From IMG/VR virus record IMGVR_UViG_3300032219_002522, positions 32,001 to 96,000 of that record: a stretch of 64,000 nt of DNA; one strand, 5' to 3'. The notes below the pieces were generated by a model. That model saw only the letters and a program-made list of their open reading frames with translations. It was not told where the DNA came from and searched no databases. The position numbers and the translations under genes are program-made. This document shows positions 10,269 through 18,764 of the stretch, piece by piece (position 1 is the stretch's first letter; each line of letters opens with the position of its first letter). Source of the DNA: a virus (lineage: Duplodnaviria; Caudoviricetes).

Positions 10269-10587
10269 TTATGAGTGGTATATCTTGATCTACTTCTAGA
10301 TTTTCTATCTAATAAATCAAGCTCTTCTTTTACGCTATTCCAAAGTATCTCTAGAGGTTTGCTTATGTTGCCCCCATCTTTTTGAATAGATGCTATGAAT
10401 TTAACCCAAAGTTTAAATTCTTTTTCGTCTCTTACGTTAATTCCCTCATTTCTTGAGGAATCTTTTGATAACATTTTTTTTAGTTTTAGTTAAACTTAAT
10501 AACTTTAATGATGCTAAATTAACATCTTATTGTTAATAAAAAAAATAAAACCACAGTTTTTTGTATCGTTTCTGTAAAAAACATCAA

Positions 10588-10899
10588 TTAAGGAAGGTTT
10601 TCAAAGTGTTCTTTGGCTTCTTTTGCCATTTGAGCGTATTCGTATAGCTCTATTTTAACAAAATACTCAATAGCTTTGTTCATAGCTTTCGGTATATCGC
10701 TTCTTTTCATGTATATTTTAGAATAAACCTCATCTTCCCACATAAACTCCATAAAGGATTCTTCAATGAGACCATTATTTTTGGCTAAGTATAGAGCAGT
10801 TTCAACGGACCTTTTATAAACTTTACCTGGATTATTTATTAACCATTCTTCCAAATGATCCGGATTAACTTTGTTTATCATTTCTATTTCTTCAATCAT
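10588..10899 (-). CDS. Hypothetical protein with a C-terminal UVR-like helix
   Basis: YFVKIELYEYAQ resembles the EEYEKCA helix of 39062..39319. Confidence 0.5.
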   Translation of the reverse strand: MIEEIEMINKVNPDHLEEWLINNPGKVYKRSVETALYLAKNNGLIEESFMEFMWEDEVYSKIYMKRSDIPKAMNKAIEYFVKIELYEYAQMAKEAKEHFENLP

Positions 10900-10980
10900 A
10901 TAAATTCATACAGGGGTAAACATGTTTTGTTCCGAAACTAAAACTAATAACGACAATAAAAATATGGAAAAATAAATATT

Positions 10981-11139
10981 ATGGAAAATTCAATAATTTT
11001 ACCTTCTTGTATTAATCATCTAAGTGATATCCGAATCGAAACATTGGAGGATGCAATGAAATTTGAAATGCTTATGGAGATCTACCAGAAAAAATCTTAT
11101 ATGGAAATATCAGATATATTAGAGGAAAAGAAAAAATAA
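10981..11139 (+). CDS. Small hypothetical protein (52 aa)
   Basis: Own translation MENSIILPSCINHLSDIRIE...EEKKK*; abuts the next gene. Confidence 0.45.
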   Translation: MENSIILPSCINHLSDIRIETLEDAMKFEMLMEIYQKKSYMEISDILEEKKK

Positions 11140-11141
11140 TT

Positions 11142-11804
11142 ATGAAATTAGTATTTATATCAGATACCCACAATCAACACAATAATATAAATGTTCCTGA
11201 CGGGGATTTTATTATACATTGTGGGGATGTTTCAGGTAGAGGATATAAAAGTGAAATAGAATCTTTTGTCGATTGGTTTTCTTCATTACCTCATAGACAC
11301 AAAATAATGATTCCTGGTAATCACGATTTTCTTTTTGAAGAATATTACGACATCGCTAAAAATATGGTGGATTCTAGAGGTATCGTTTGTTTGATCGATA
11401 GCGGAATAGAAATAGAGGGAATAAAATTTTGGGGATCTCCAATAACCCCATATTTTCATAATTGGGCTTTTAATAGATATCGCGGATCTTCTATTGAACA
11501 ACACTGGAACAAAATACCGGAAGGAATAGATGTACTGTTAACCCACGGACCTCCTGCTTATTTACAAAATCATTTGTCGATGGTATTGGAAGGGGAAGAC
11601 GTTGGTTGTCAAGATCTATATAAAGCAATACAAAGAGTAAAACCTAAGATTAATGCTTTTGGACATATTCACGAAGGATATGGAACATCTGAAGAGGATG
11701 GAGTATTATATATGAATTGTAGTATTTTAAACAGAAGATACTCAATACAAAATAAACCTATAGAAGTATTATACGAAGATGGAGGATTTTCTCTCTATAA
11801 ATAA
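11142..11804 (+). CDS. Metallophosphoesterase (MPPED-like)
   Basis: SDTH, HCGD, PGNHD, LTHGPP, FGHIHE. Confidence 0.9.
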   Translation: MKLVFISDTHNQHNNINVPDGDFIIHCGDVSGRGYKSEIESFVDWFSSLPHRHKIMIPGNHDFLFEEYYDIAKNMVDSRGIVCLIDSGIEIEGIKFWGSPITPYFHNWAFNRYRGSSIEQHWNKIPEGIDVLLTHGPPAYLQNHLSMVLEGEDVGCQDLYKAIQRVKPKINAFGHIHEGYGTSEEDGVLYMNCSILNRRYSIQNKPIEVLYEDGGFSLYK

Positions 11805-12177
11805 TATGCAAAAAGGCACACCAGTTTCTGACAGTTTCAGAAAAAAACTTGTTGAAAGAGGTTATAGAAAATTTGACGGTAAGCCTATAAAGGGTGAAAT
11901 ATGTTATGATGCTTATCATAAGGATTTTAACAACAGTGACGGACTTAAATACACCATCTATTGTTATTGCTGTGATCTAAAGGATATAGTACCAAATCCT
12001 GAAGTATTTGAATTCTCATTCGAAGTTCAGCTTAATGCTGGAATAGGAATTATAGGATTGGAAGCTATACAATGGGATTTTAGAACTGAAGAAAATGCAG
12101 AAATAAATATAGCATTTTTTGAAATTAGAGTAGAGGAAGTATGGAAAGCATTAGGAGGTATTAAATTTCCATCCTAA
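11779..12177 (+). CDS. Hypothetical protein
   Basis: ORF track. Confidence 0.5.
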   Translation: MEDFLSINNMQKGTPVSDSFRKKLVERGYRKFDGKPIKGEICYDAYHKDFNNSDGLKYTIYCYCCDLKDIVPNPEVFEFSFEVQLNAGIGIIGLEAIQWDFRTEENAEINIAFFEIRVEEVWKALGGIKFPS

Positions 12178-12926
12178 AAATCAAACAATCTTTTAAGACC
12201 TCTGAAAACTAGAGATTCTTTTAATTTAGTAATTGATATTTCAAATTCTTTACCGAAAGTTTTAGGTGCATCTTTATAGGATTCTTGAGTTTCATCATTA
12301 GAGTCCTGTGTATATTGCCAATAAAAAGATGTTTCTTCTGGTACATTAAATCCATAGAATTCGTAAACCTGTTTTTGAGTTTCTAAAACCTGCTCACCGT
12401 TCCAGTTTTGTCCTATTATAACACATCCTGCATCTATATTAGAAACTATATTATCCTCGCCTAATGTTGTGTGCCTATTTTCTATCCAATTAAGTCTTTC
12501 TATAAGTTTTTGGTAAAAAGCATTAGCTTGTCCCCATCTTACACTTATAAAGAAAATCACAGCTTCAGATTCGAAAAGCTCTTTAGAAACCTTCCATAAT
12601 TCATCTTCCTTATTATTAATAGAAGCCCAACATCTGTGATTTCCTGAAGGATCCTTTTCATCATCTTTTAATAATGAATCTTTAATACCACAATTGTTTC
12701 CATCTACACCAGATACGTTTCCTTCACATGGATATATTTTTAGCTTAGGTATTTCTAAAAGAGTAACTTCTGTATTTTCTTCTAGCTTAGATTTAATGTC
12801 CATCGCTAATAGTGTGGATTTAGGAATTTCTTTACTTCCTTCCCATCTATTAGACGTGGTTAAAAATAGAACTTTCTTTTTTCCTGAAAGGTATTCTATT
12901 AATTCTTGTATTTGATCTGCAACCAT
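12174..12926 (-). CDS. Flavodoxin-like / NAD(P)H-dependent FMN reductase-type protein
   Basis: FLTTSNR, IYPCEGNVS..C, SEAVIFFISVRWGQ..AFYQKLIERL. Confidence 0.7.
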   Translation of the reverse strand: MVADQIQELIEYLSGKKKVLFLTTSNRWEGSKEIPKSTLLAMDIKSKLEENTEVTLLEIPKLKIYPCEGNVSGVDGNNCGIKDSLLKDDEKDPSGNHRCWASINNKEDELWKVSKELFESEAVIFFISVRWGQANAFYQKLIERLNWIENRHTTLGEDNIVSNIDAGCVIIGQNWNGEQVLETQKQVYEFYGFNVPEETSFYWQYTQDSNDETQESYKDAPKTFGKEFEISITKLKESLVFRGLKRLFDF

Positions 12927-12978
12927 AACTTATATATCTGCGAATTTAGAATATATACTTTAATGAAACATATCGAAA

Positions 12979-13236
12979 ATGAAACATATCGAAATATACG
13001 AAAATTTTAGTTCATATCCTAGCAGAAAAGAATTTACCGATGCTGAAATCAATTACTACCAAAAACTTTGGGACTGGCTTCCTCAAAAATATAGATTTAA
13101 TCAGTTTTTTCTTAAACTGTGGAATCAGGCTAAGGATAAGAGATATCTTTCGAATAAACAATGGATACAATTAGAGTATCTATTAAAAAATGGAAAATCG
13201 CAATACGAAGCTGGAATTTTACCAAATAATTATTAA
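12979..13236 (+). CDS. Small late protein with CTS-like N-terminus
   Basis: MKHIEIYENF. Confidence 0.6.
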   Translation: MKHIEIYENFSSYPSRKEFTDAEINYYQKLWDWLPQKYRFNQFFLKLWNQAKDKRYLSNKQWIQLEYLLKNGKSQYEAGILPNNY

Positions 13237-13239
13237 TAG

Positions 13240-13818
13240 ATGATAAATTTAAAATATTTCAAAGATCTTTTTGAATCAGAAAATATAAACGGTTCAGGAA
13301 TAACTATAGATGAATTCTGTAATAGAATAGAAATATATCCCCCTATGATACCAGTAATATCTGAATGGTGGAGTAAAAATAGATCCGATATAAAAATACA
13401 CCTTTTTCCTTTTGGATCCATTGAACCTATAGCTGGTGTTTTTTTAGGATCTGATACCGTATGTATAAACCAAAATCTGAGAATGCCCCCTCATATTAAG
13501 TTGTTTTTATCTTTACATGAATCGAGACATTGTGATCAATATAGAGATGGGTCGTTTATAGAAGGATATTATGATACGGTATTAAATAATGATCTGGAAG
13601 GATTTTTGGAAGCATATTCTAGATTAGAAAGAGATGCTAACGATTATGCTATTGGTGCAATGAGAGAAATTGGATTTTCACGAGAGATGAATAGAGAAGA
13701 AAACATGATAAGAGGAAATGAAAGGGCAGGGAATATTGTTTATAGAATGATGCAGAATGATATTGAAAGATTAAATCCTACTGATTTCTTTGACTTATTA
13801 AAAAAACAGATACTTTAG
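13240..13818 (+). CDS. Zincin-like HExxH protein
   Basis: LHESRH ... ERDANDYA. Confidence 0.6.
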   Translation: MINLKYFKDLFESENINGSGITIDEFCNRIEIYPPMIPVISEWWSKNRSDIKIHLFPFGSIEPIAGVFLGSDTVCINQNLRMPPHIKLFLSLHESRHCDQYRDGSFIEGYYDTVLNNDLEGFLEAYSRLERDANDYAIGAMREIGFSREMNREENMIRGNERAGNIVYRMMQNDIERLNPTDFFDLLKKQIL

Positions 13819-13857
13819 CGATTAGAAACAAACTTATGTTTTTTCTATATAAAAAAT

Positions 13858-14460
13858 ATGGCTAAACAAAGAAATTACGATATATCCAATCCTTTCTCAG
13901 AGAACCATAGAAGCAATTTACCAAGAAATTACTGTCTTTTTGATGTTGATGGAATATTATTGAATAATTTAGGCGATCCTGAATTTTTATACGAGGGAAA
14001 ATATAGGAGAGTATCAAAAAGCAAAGGCGATTTTATAAATACTTTCTACCATCCTTCTAATTTACAAGCAACTTTTCTAAGAATGGTTTCTGAAAAAGTT
14101 GGCGTTTATATTCACGAAGAAACAACTAATTCTTGGTGGTTTGTTAATGATCGAATTCTAGAGGAGTGTAAAAATCCCAATCTGGATAAAGTAAAAACTG
14201 AGGATAGAGTTTATGTAGAGGATATTGTTAATGGATATTCACATAGCATTTCCGGTGTATTTGTAAGGACTGAGGGAGAAAAGCCTTCTGATATGGAGCA
14301 ATACGGGGACTTTATAGCCGATCTAATCAATGTACCTAAGATATTAGTTAATGATGTGTTCGAAAGTGATTATATACACTTTAAACGCGATGAAGATATC
14401 CTTAAGTGCAACTTATCAGAAAGCTGGGAAACCACTTGGAATGAATTAAAAATTATCTAA
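13858..14460 (+). CDS. Hypothetical protein, possible PD-(D/E)XK fold
   Basis: FDVDG...LYEGKY. Confidence 0.4.
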   Translation: MAKQRNYDISNPFSENHRSNLPRNYCLFDVDGILLNNLGDPEFLYEGKYRRVSKSKGDFINTFYHPSNLQATFLRMVSEKVGVYIHEETTNSWWFVNDRILEECKNPNLDKVKTEDRVYVEDIVNGYSHSISGVFVRTEGEKPSDMEQYGDFIADLINVPKILVNDVFESDYIHFKRDEDILKCNLSESWETTWNELKII

Positions 14461-14518
14461 GAAAATCCATTTTTTACGAAACTATAAATATTAATAAATC
14501 TATGATAAATAAAAAAAT

Positions 14519-14869
14519 ATGGCTAAAAGTCGGGTAAGAAAAAAAAATGGAAAACCAGTAAAATATACCCCTAAACCGAAGGGTATTTCTAAGACCCAAA
14601 TGAAAAAGATCATGGAAATGATCCAAGAACAACAAAAAATATCTCAGAATGGACCTACTGAAATACCAGAAACTAGAGAAGCCGGGGGTGAATTATTAAT
14701 TTCTCCCGAATTCATAAAAAAAATAAATGTTAATGCTTCTGAAAATATAAAGGAGGGACCAGTCTTATCTGAAGGGGATAAATCTGAAACAGCAGATGAA
14801 GAAGAAAGGGTAATCCTAGAAAAAGAAGAAGAAAATACGGATTCAGGTCCTATTTCTTCAGAAATTTAG
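14519..14869 (+). CDS. Hypothetical protein (basic N-terminus, acidic C-terminus)
   Basis: ORF after a GAAAC-N18-TATGA promoter. Confidence 0.55.
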   Translation: MAKSRVRKKNGKPVKYTPKPKGISKTQMKKIMEMIQEQQKISQNGPTEIPETREAGGELLISPEFIKKINVNASENIKEGPVLSEGDKSETADEEERVILEKEEENTDSGPISSEI

Positions 14870-14946
14870 CATAAAATAAAGTCCCGTCTTTTGGGAGGAT
14901 TATTTGTGCTCTGATGGTTATATACCATATCAAATAATCAAATCAC

Positions 14947-15267
14947 ATGAAAATTATTAACGATGAACAGTTAAACGAATCAATCAAAAGCGGGGATAAA
15001 ACCCTAGTTCTTTTTTCTGCAGATTGGTGTGGACCATGTAAAATAATCAAACCATCACTTGAAAGATTAGAAGAGAAATTAGAAGAAACTCTAAAAATAG
15101 TAAAAGTTGACATTAGCGAAGCAGAAGAATCAGCAAAGAAATTTAACATAAGAAATATACCTACGTGCGTACTTATAGAAGGAGAAAATGAGATAGCTAG
15201 ATTCTCTGGAGTAAAAAATGATGAACAAATTAAAAAATTTCTTGAGGAACATCTGATTTTAAATTGA
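14947..15267 (+). CDS. trxA: Thioredoxin
   Basis: WCGPC active site, NIPT cis-Pro motif. Confidence 0.95.
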   Translation: MKIINDEQLNESIKSGDKTLVLFSADWCGPCKIIKPSLERLEEKLEETLKIVKVDISEAEESAKKFNIRNIPTCVLIEGENEIARFSGVKNDEQIKKFLEEHLILN

Positions 15268-15314
15268 AACTTTATCTATATTTGTAATATATTAATAAAA
15301 CGTTCTTTAACATA
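15266..15314 (+). promoter_or_regulatory. Promoter(s) and boxA-like element of the Y-RNA/Ro60 operon
   Basis: GAAAC at 15266, TATATTTG at 15277-15284, GTTCTTTAACATA at 15302-15314. Confidence 0.6.
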
Positions 15315-15319
15315 CTTAT

Positions 15320-15539
15320 TTTCTTGAAGCGGTTTAAAGGGTTACTTCAAAAATACAATTCAATAAGCAACAGGATCGGTTCTCAGGTTCCGGTCTAAAT
15401 AAAGGCTAAATACTGTATTAATCTGAAAGCGCCAGAAATGGAACTAAAGGTAGATTCTCGGTTCAATTCACCTGACTAGAAATTCGGGGATGATTACCTC
15501 CCATAAGGAGGAACCACTCTTTAAAGATTTCTCAAGAAA
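15320..15539 (+). ncRNA. Y-RNA-like element 1 (long, with an internal structured domain)
   Basis: 5'/3' pairing TTTCTTGA/TCAAGAAA and TTTAAAGGGT/ACTCTTTAAA; shared YGAAGCGG...ACTTCAAA...TTCTCR motif; upstream of Ro60. Confidence 0.7.
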
Positions 15540-15559
15540 GTATTATTATAAAAATAAAC

Positions 15560-15629
15560 TCCGAAGCGGGAATGAGGGATACTTCAAATTATGAAAAACG
15601 AAAACAAACCCTCGTTTAATATTCTCGGA
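15560..15629 (+). ncRNA. Y-RNA-like element 2
   Basis: TCCGA/TCGGA and GAATGAGGG/CCCTCGTTT stems; same motif. Confidence 0.7.
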
Positions 15630-15639
15630 TTTTAAATTT

Positions 15640-15720
15640 TATTCTGAAGCGGGATTGGGGGATACTTCAAAAATGATTGTTAGACACCAAAAAATCCACG
15701 AATCAAAAATTCTCAGAATA
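15640..15720 (+). ncRNA. Y-RNA-like element 3
   Basis: TATTCTGA/TCAGAATA and imperfect GATTGGGGGAT/ATCCACGAATC stems; same motif. Confidence 0.7.
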
Positions 15721-15727
15721 TAAATTT

Positions 15728-15764
15728 AAGGGGTTTGGACGCTATGCGACTGAACCCCTTTTTT
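15728..15764 (+). terminator. Intrinsic terminator between the RNA array and Ro60
   Basis: AAGGGGTTTGG/CTGAACCCCTT hairpin followed by a T tract. Confidence 0.75.
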
Positions 15765-15790
15765 ATTGTGTAATTATTAAAAACAGATAT

Positions 15791-17416
15791 ATGTCAAGAT
15801 TAAGTGAATTTGCAGACAAAAAAACAGCAATGGCAATTGTACAAAATTCCGTATATGGTGCTTTTGCAGTAGAGAACTTCATGGGTGGAACTTCCTATGA
15901 AATTAATCCTTTGGATACTCTTAGGATCATAGCTGCTTCTTCCATATTTGGAGAGCCACAGTATTACAGAGATGGATTGAATTCTCCTAGTAATCTTCAT
16001 ACATTATCCAAGTATTCGATATTTCCAGAAATGTTTGAATCTGGAGAAAATGCTGTTGATGTTTTTGAAAAGTCTATAGATTCCGCATTAGATTATGATT
16101 TTAAAGGAACTTTGGATCTTGCTTTAGAGTTAAGAACTAAATACTTTATGAGACTTAATCCTTCAGTTATATTCGTGAGAGCTTCTCAGCACGAGAATAG
16201 AGTAAGCTTTAATGAGCTATCCCCAGGATACATGAAAAATATCGGAAAGAAAATTGCTGAAAGACCTGATGATTTAACCAATCAGTTCGAATATTACATG
16301 TTTAAAAATAAGAGTAAGTCAAAACTTCCATCTCTTGTTAAAAGAACATGGTCGGAAAGACTTGAGGAATTCAGTAGATACCAATTAAACAAATACAAAG
16401 GTAAAAAACTTATTGATCTTGTAAGAATTTCACATGCTTCTAACAAGGACATAAGTGAACTAATGAAGACTGGTAAGCTTGAGGTTAAAGAATCTGAGAA
16501 AACTTGGGAGTCTCTAAGATCAGAGGGAAAAACTTGGAAAGAAATAACAGATACTATTCTTATTCCTCATATGGCTCTTCTAAGAAATCTTAGAGGTATA
16601 TTCACAGAGATTGAAGATAGAACAACAACTGCTAGAATATTATCACAATTAAAAGGTGGTGTAGAAAAAGGTAAACAATTCCCTTTTAGATATTGGGCAG
16701 CTTACAAAGCAATACAAAGTGCGGATGTACATAACAAGCAAGCTATCTTAGATACCCTTGAGGAGTGCATAGATCAATCTGTAGAAAATATGCCTAAGTT
16801 AAAGGGAAGAGTGGCTTGTTTATCTGACAACTCTGGATCTGCTTGGGGAACATGCAATAGCGAGTATGGAACCGTGACAGTAGCTGAGATTGCTAACTTG
16901 TCATCTCTTATTACCGCTCTACAATCAGATGAAGGTATAGTTGGAGTATTTGGAGACGATCTTTCTATGAAAAATGTATCTAAAAGAAACGGTCTTCTTA
17001 CACAGTTAGAGGAAACATCTGAAAGAGGTAGAGCTCAGGGTGGCGGAACAGAAAACGGTGTTTGGGTATTCTGGGACGAAGCAATAAAAAATAAAACCCA
17101 TTATGACACTGTATTTATATATTCAGATATGCAGGCAGGTCACGGCGGATTATACGGACACCGAGAGACTGTAGGAAATTCCCCTTATGGATTTAGTAAA
17201 ATAGGAGATACTCACGTAGACGTACTATCTATGGTACAGGAATACAGAAGAACTGTAAATTCTAAAGTTAATGTCTTCTGTGTACAAGTAGCTGGATACA
17301 ACAATTCAGTATTACCTGAGAATTTATATCGAGGAGCAATACTTGCCGGATGGACTGGTAAGGAGCCAATATTTGCTAATGCAATCATAGAGGCTTGGGA
17401 TTCTATAGAATCTTAA
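15791..17416 (+). CDS. Ro60/Rsr TROVE-domain RNA-binding protein with C-terminal vWA
   Basis: TROVE motifs (LRTKYFMRLNP, ALLRNLR, KQFPFRY) and vWA MIDAS DNSGS; true start ATG at 15791 (the ORF-track start lies inside the ncRNA). Confidence 0.9.
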   Translation: MSRLSEFADKKTAMAIVQNSVYGAFAVENFMGGTSYEINPLDTLRIIAASSIFGEPQYYRDGLNSPSNLHTLSKYSIFPEMFESGENAVDVFEKSIDSALDYDFKGTLDLALELRTKYFMRLNPSVIFVRASQHENRVSFNELSPGYMKNIGKKIAERPDDLTNQFEYYMFKNKSKSKLPSLVKRTWSERLEEFSRYQLNKYKGKKLIDLVRISHASNKDISELMKTGKLEVKESEKTWESLRSEGKTWKEITDTILIPHMALLRNLRGIFTEIEDRTTTARILSQLKGGVEKGKQFPFRYWAAYKAIQSADVHNKQAILDTLEECIDQSVENMPKLKGRVACLSDNSGSAWGTCNSEYGTVTVAEIANLSSLITALQSDEGIVGVFGDDLSMKNVSKRNGLLTQLEETSERGRAQGGGTENGVWVFWDEAIKNKTHYDTVFIYSDMQAGHGGLYGHRETVGNSPYGFSKIGDTHVDVLSMVQEYRRTVNSKVNVFCVQVAGYNNSVLPENLYRGAILAGWTGKEPIFANAIIEAWDSIES

Positions 17417-17440
17417 TCGTATAATTATCATAATAAATTT

Positions 17441-17466
17441 AAATCCCTAGCAATAGGGATTTTTTT
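17441..17466 (+). terminator. Intrinsic terminator
   Basis: AAATCCCTA-GCAA-TAGGGATTT plus T tract. Confidence 0.85.
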
Positions 17467-17500
17467 GTGTTTTTTTTCTAGAAATAGGATAAATACTTAT

Positions 17501-17752
17501 ATGAAAAACATAAAGACATTCGAAAGCTATAATGTTATAGACATGGAGAGAAATCAACCAGTAAAAAAATATGGTGAACCATTCCCATTAACAGATCTTA
17601 AAATAGGAGACAAGGTAATTTATTTAGGAACATCCTATATAGTAGACAAGGTAGATGAATACTCTTTATCGTTAAAATCTATTGAAGATGGATCGGATCT
17701 AAGAGTAAATCAAAATATGTTTAACCAAAGAGGATTCATTGGAGCTATATAA
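17501..17752 (+). CDS. Small late protein with CTS-like N-terminus
   Basis: MKNIKTFESY after GATAAATA. Confidence 0.6.
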   Translation: MKNIKTFESYNVIDMERNQPVKKYGEPFPLTDLKIGDKVIYLGTSYIVDKVDEYSLSLKSIEDGSDLRVNQNMFNQRGFIGAI

Positions 17753-17763
17753 ATATCAAAAAA

Positions 17764-17946
17764 ATGAAAGAGCAAATTAAGGTTTTCGATATACTTTCAG
17801 AAAAAACAAGAAATGACATAAATTTTTTTGTTGTTAATTCTTCTATATCGGACGATCCAGTAAGAAAAAAGAAATTTTACGATATTATTCAAAGAGTAAT
17901 ATTTGAATCCTCTATAGGATCAAAAGATAAAATAAAATCTAAATAA
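17764..17946 (+). CDS. Hypothetical protein
   Basis: ORF track. Confidence 0.45.
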   Translation: MKEQIKVFDILSEKTRNDINFFVVNSSISDDPVRKKKFYDIIQRVIFESSIGSKDKIKSK

Positions 17947-18092
17947 TGGCAAACCTTAAATCTTCAGACCCATCGAAAAAACATCTAGCAAAGGCTAAAA
18001 TAAAAAGACCAGGAATACATTCCAAATGTAAATCTAGTAACAGTAAAAATGCTAAGCATTATAAAAAGGCTTATAAATCTCAGGGTAGATAA
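17946..18092 (+). CDS. Small, very basic protein (48 aa)
   Basis: Own translation MANLKSSDPSKKHLAKAKIKRPGIHSKCKSSNSKNAKHYKKAYKSQGR*; start overlaps the upstream stop (TAATG). Confidence 0.6.
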   Translation: MANLKSSDPSKKHLAKAKIKRPGIHSKCKSSNSKNAKHYKKAYKSQGR

Positions 18093-18113
18093 AAAGATAT
18101 ATAATATAAAAAA

Positions 18114-18470
18114 ATGAGACACCTTAGAATATACGAGAACTTCATTGGTGAAGTTGAACCAGAAATAAGACAAGATTCTCCTATGAGTGTAAGTAATTTT
18201 CAAACGGAATCAACTGATTTTATTCCTACAAAAGAGGATGAAGAAGGAGATTATGCAGTAAAATTTATTAATGCAGAGGGAGAAGAAACCATCGTTACAA
18301 TAGGACACTCAATAGATCCTGAATATGTAGGTAAAAAAATGATTAGCTCTATAGAGATGATCCCTGATTCAAGCTCGGACGGAAAAGAATATTCTTTCGT
18401 TGGATATTACGATGAAATACCAGGAACATCTGGAGCATATGAGCTTAAAAAAGTTCTTATAGAGGGATAA
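18114..18470 (+). CDS. Late protein with CTS-like N-terminus
   Basis: MRHLRIYENFIGE after GATATATA. Confidence 0.6.
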   Translation: MRHLRIYENFIGEVEPEIRQDSPMSVSNFQTESTDFIPTKEDEEGDYAVKFINAEGEETIVTIGHSIDPEYVGKKMISSIEMIPDSSSDGKEYSFVGYYDEIPGTSGAYELKKVLIEG

Positions 18471-18760
18471 TGGCTATTAAAATATATTCAGGGTACGACG
18501 AATTTAAATACGAAGAATCTGAATTGTGTGATTGTATAGGACTAGATGATGAATCATCCTATCCAGAAGAATCGGAAGAAGAATCTTATGACATATTTTT
18601 TTATGACTCTAAAAATGTAGATTTTATAGATTCCTCAACATTTTACATTGTAGCAGATTTAGAGGATGAAGAAAACGCCGAAGATATATCAGGATATTTA
18701 GGAAAATTTAAAAGAATTTATATAAATGATTCTCACAAGGTTTTATTTTGCGTAAGTTAA
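18470..18760 (+). CDS. Acidic hypothetical protein
   Basis: ORF track. Confidence 0.55.
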   Translation: MAIKIYSGYDEFKYEESELCDCIGLDDESSYPEESEEESYDIFFYDSKNVDFIDSSTFYIVADLEDEENAEDISGYLGKFKRIYINDSHKVLFCVS

Positions 18761-18764
18761 AAAA

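Noticed and set aside
14870-14940. Hairpins upstream of thioredoxin as a regulatory RNA
   Set aside because: Two imperfect AT-rich hairpins with no recognisable motif; too weak to call.
15402-15413. AAGGCTAAATAC, resembling a conserved 23S rRNA segment
   Set aside because: The match is too short and its flanks do not continue it, so it is not an rRNA fragment.
15320-15720. CRISPR array interpretation of the three GAAGCGG...ACTTCAAA repeats
   Set aside because: The repeats are degenerate, the spacing is irregular (about 240 and 80 nt), each unit pairs end to end, and no cas genes are nearby.
15677-15790. ORF-track N-terminal extension of the TROVE protein
   Set aside because: It runs through Y-like element 3 and the terminator; ATG at 15791 is the plausible start.
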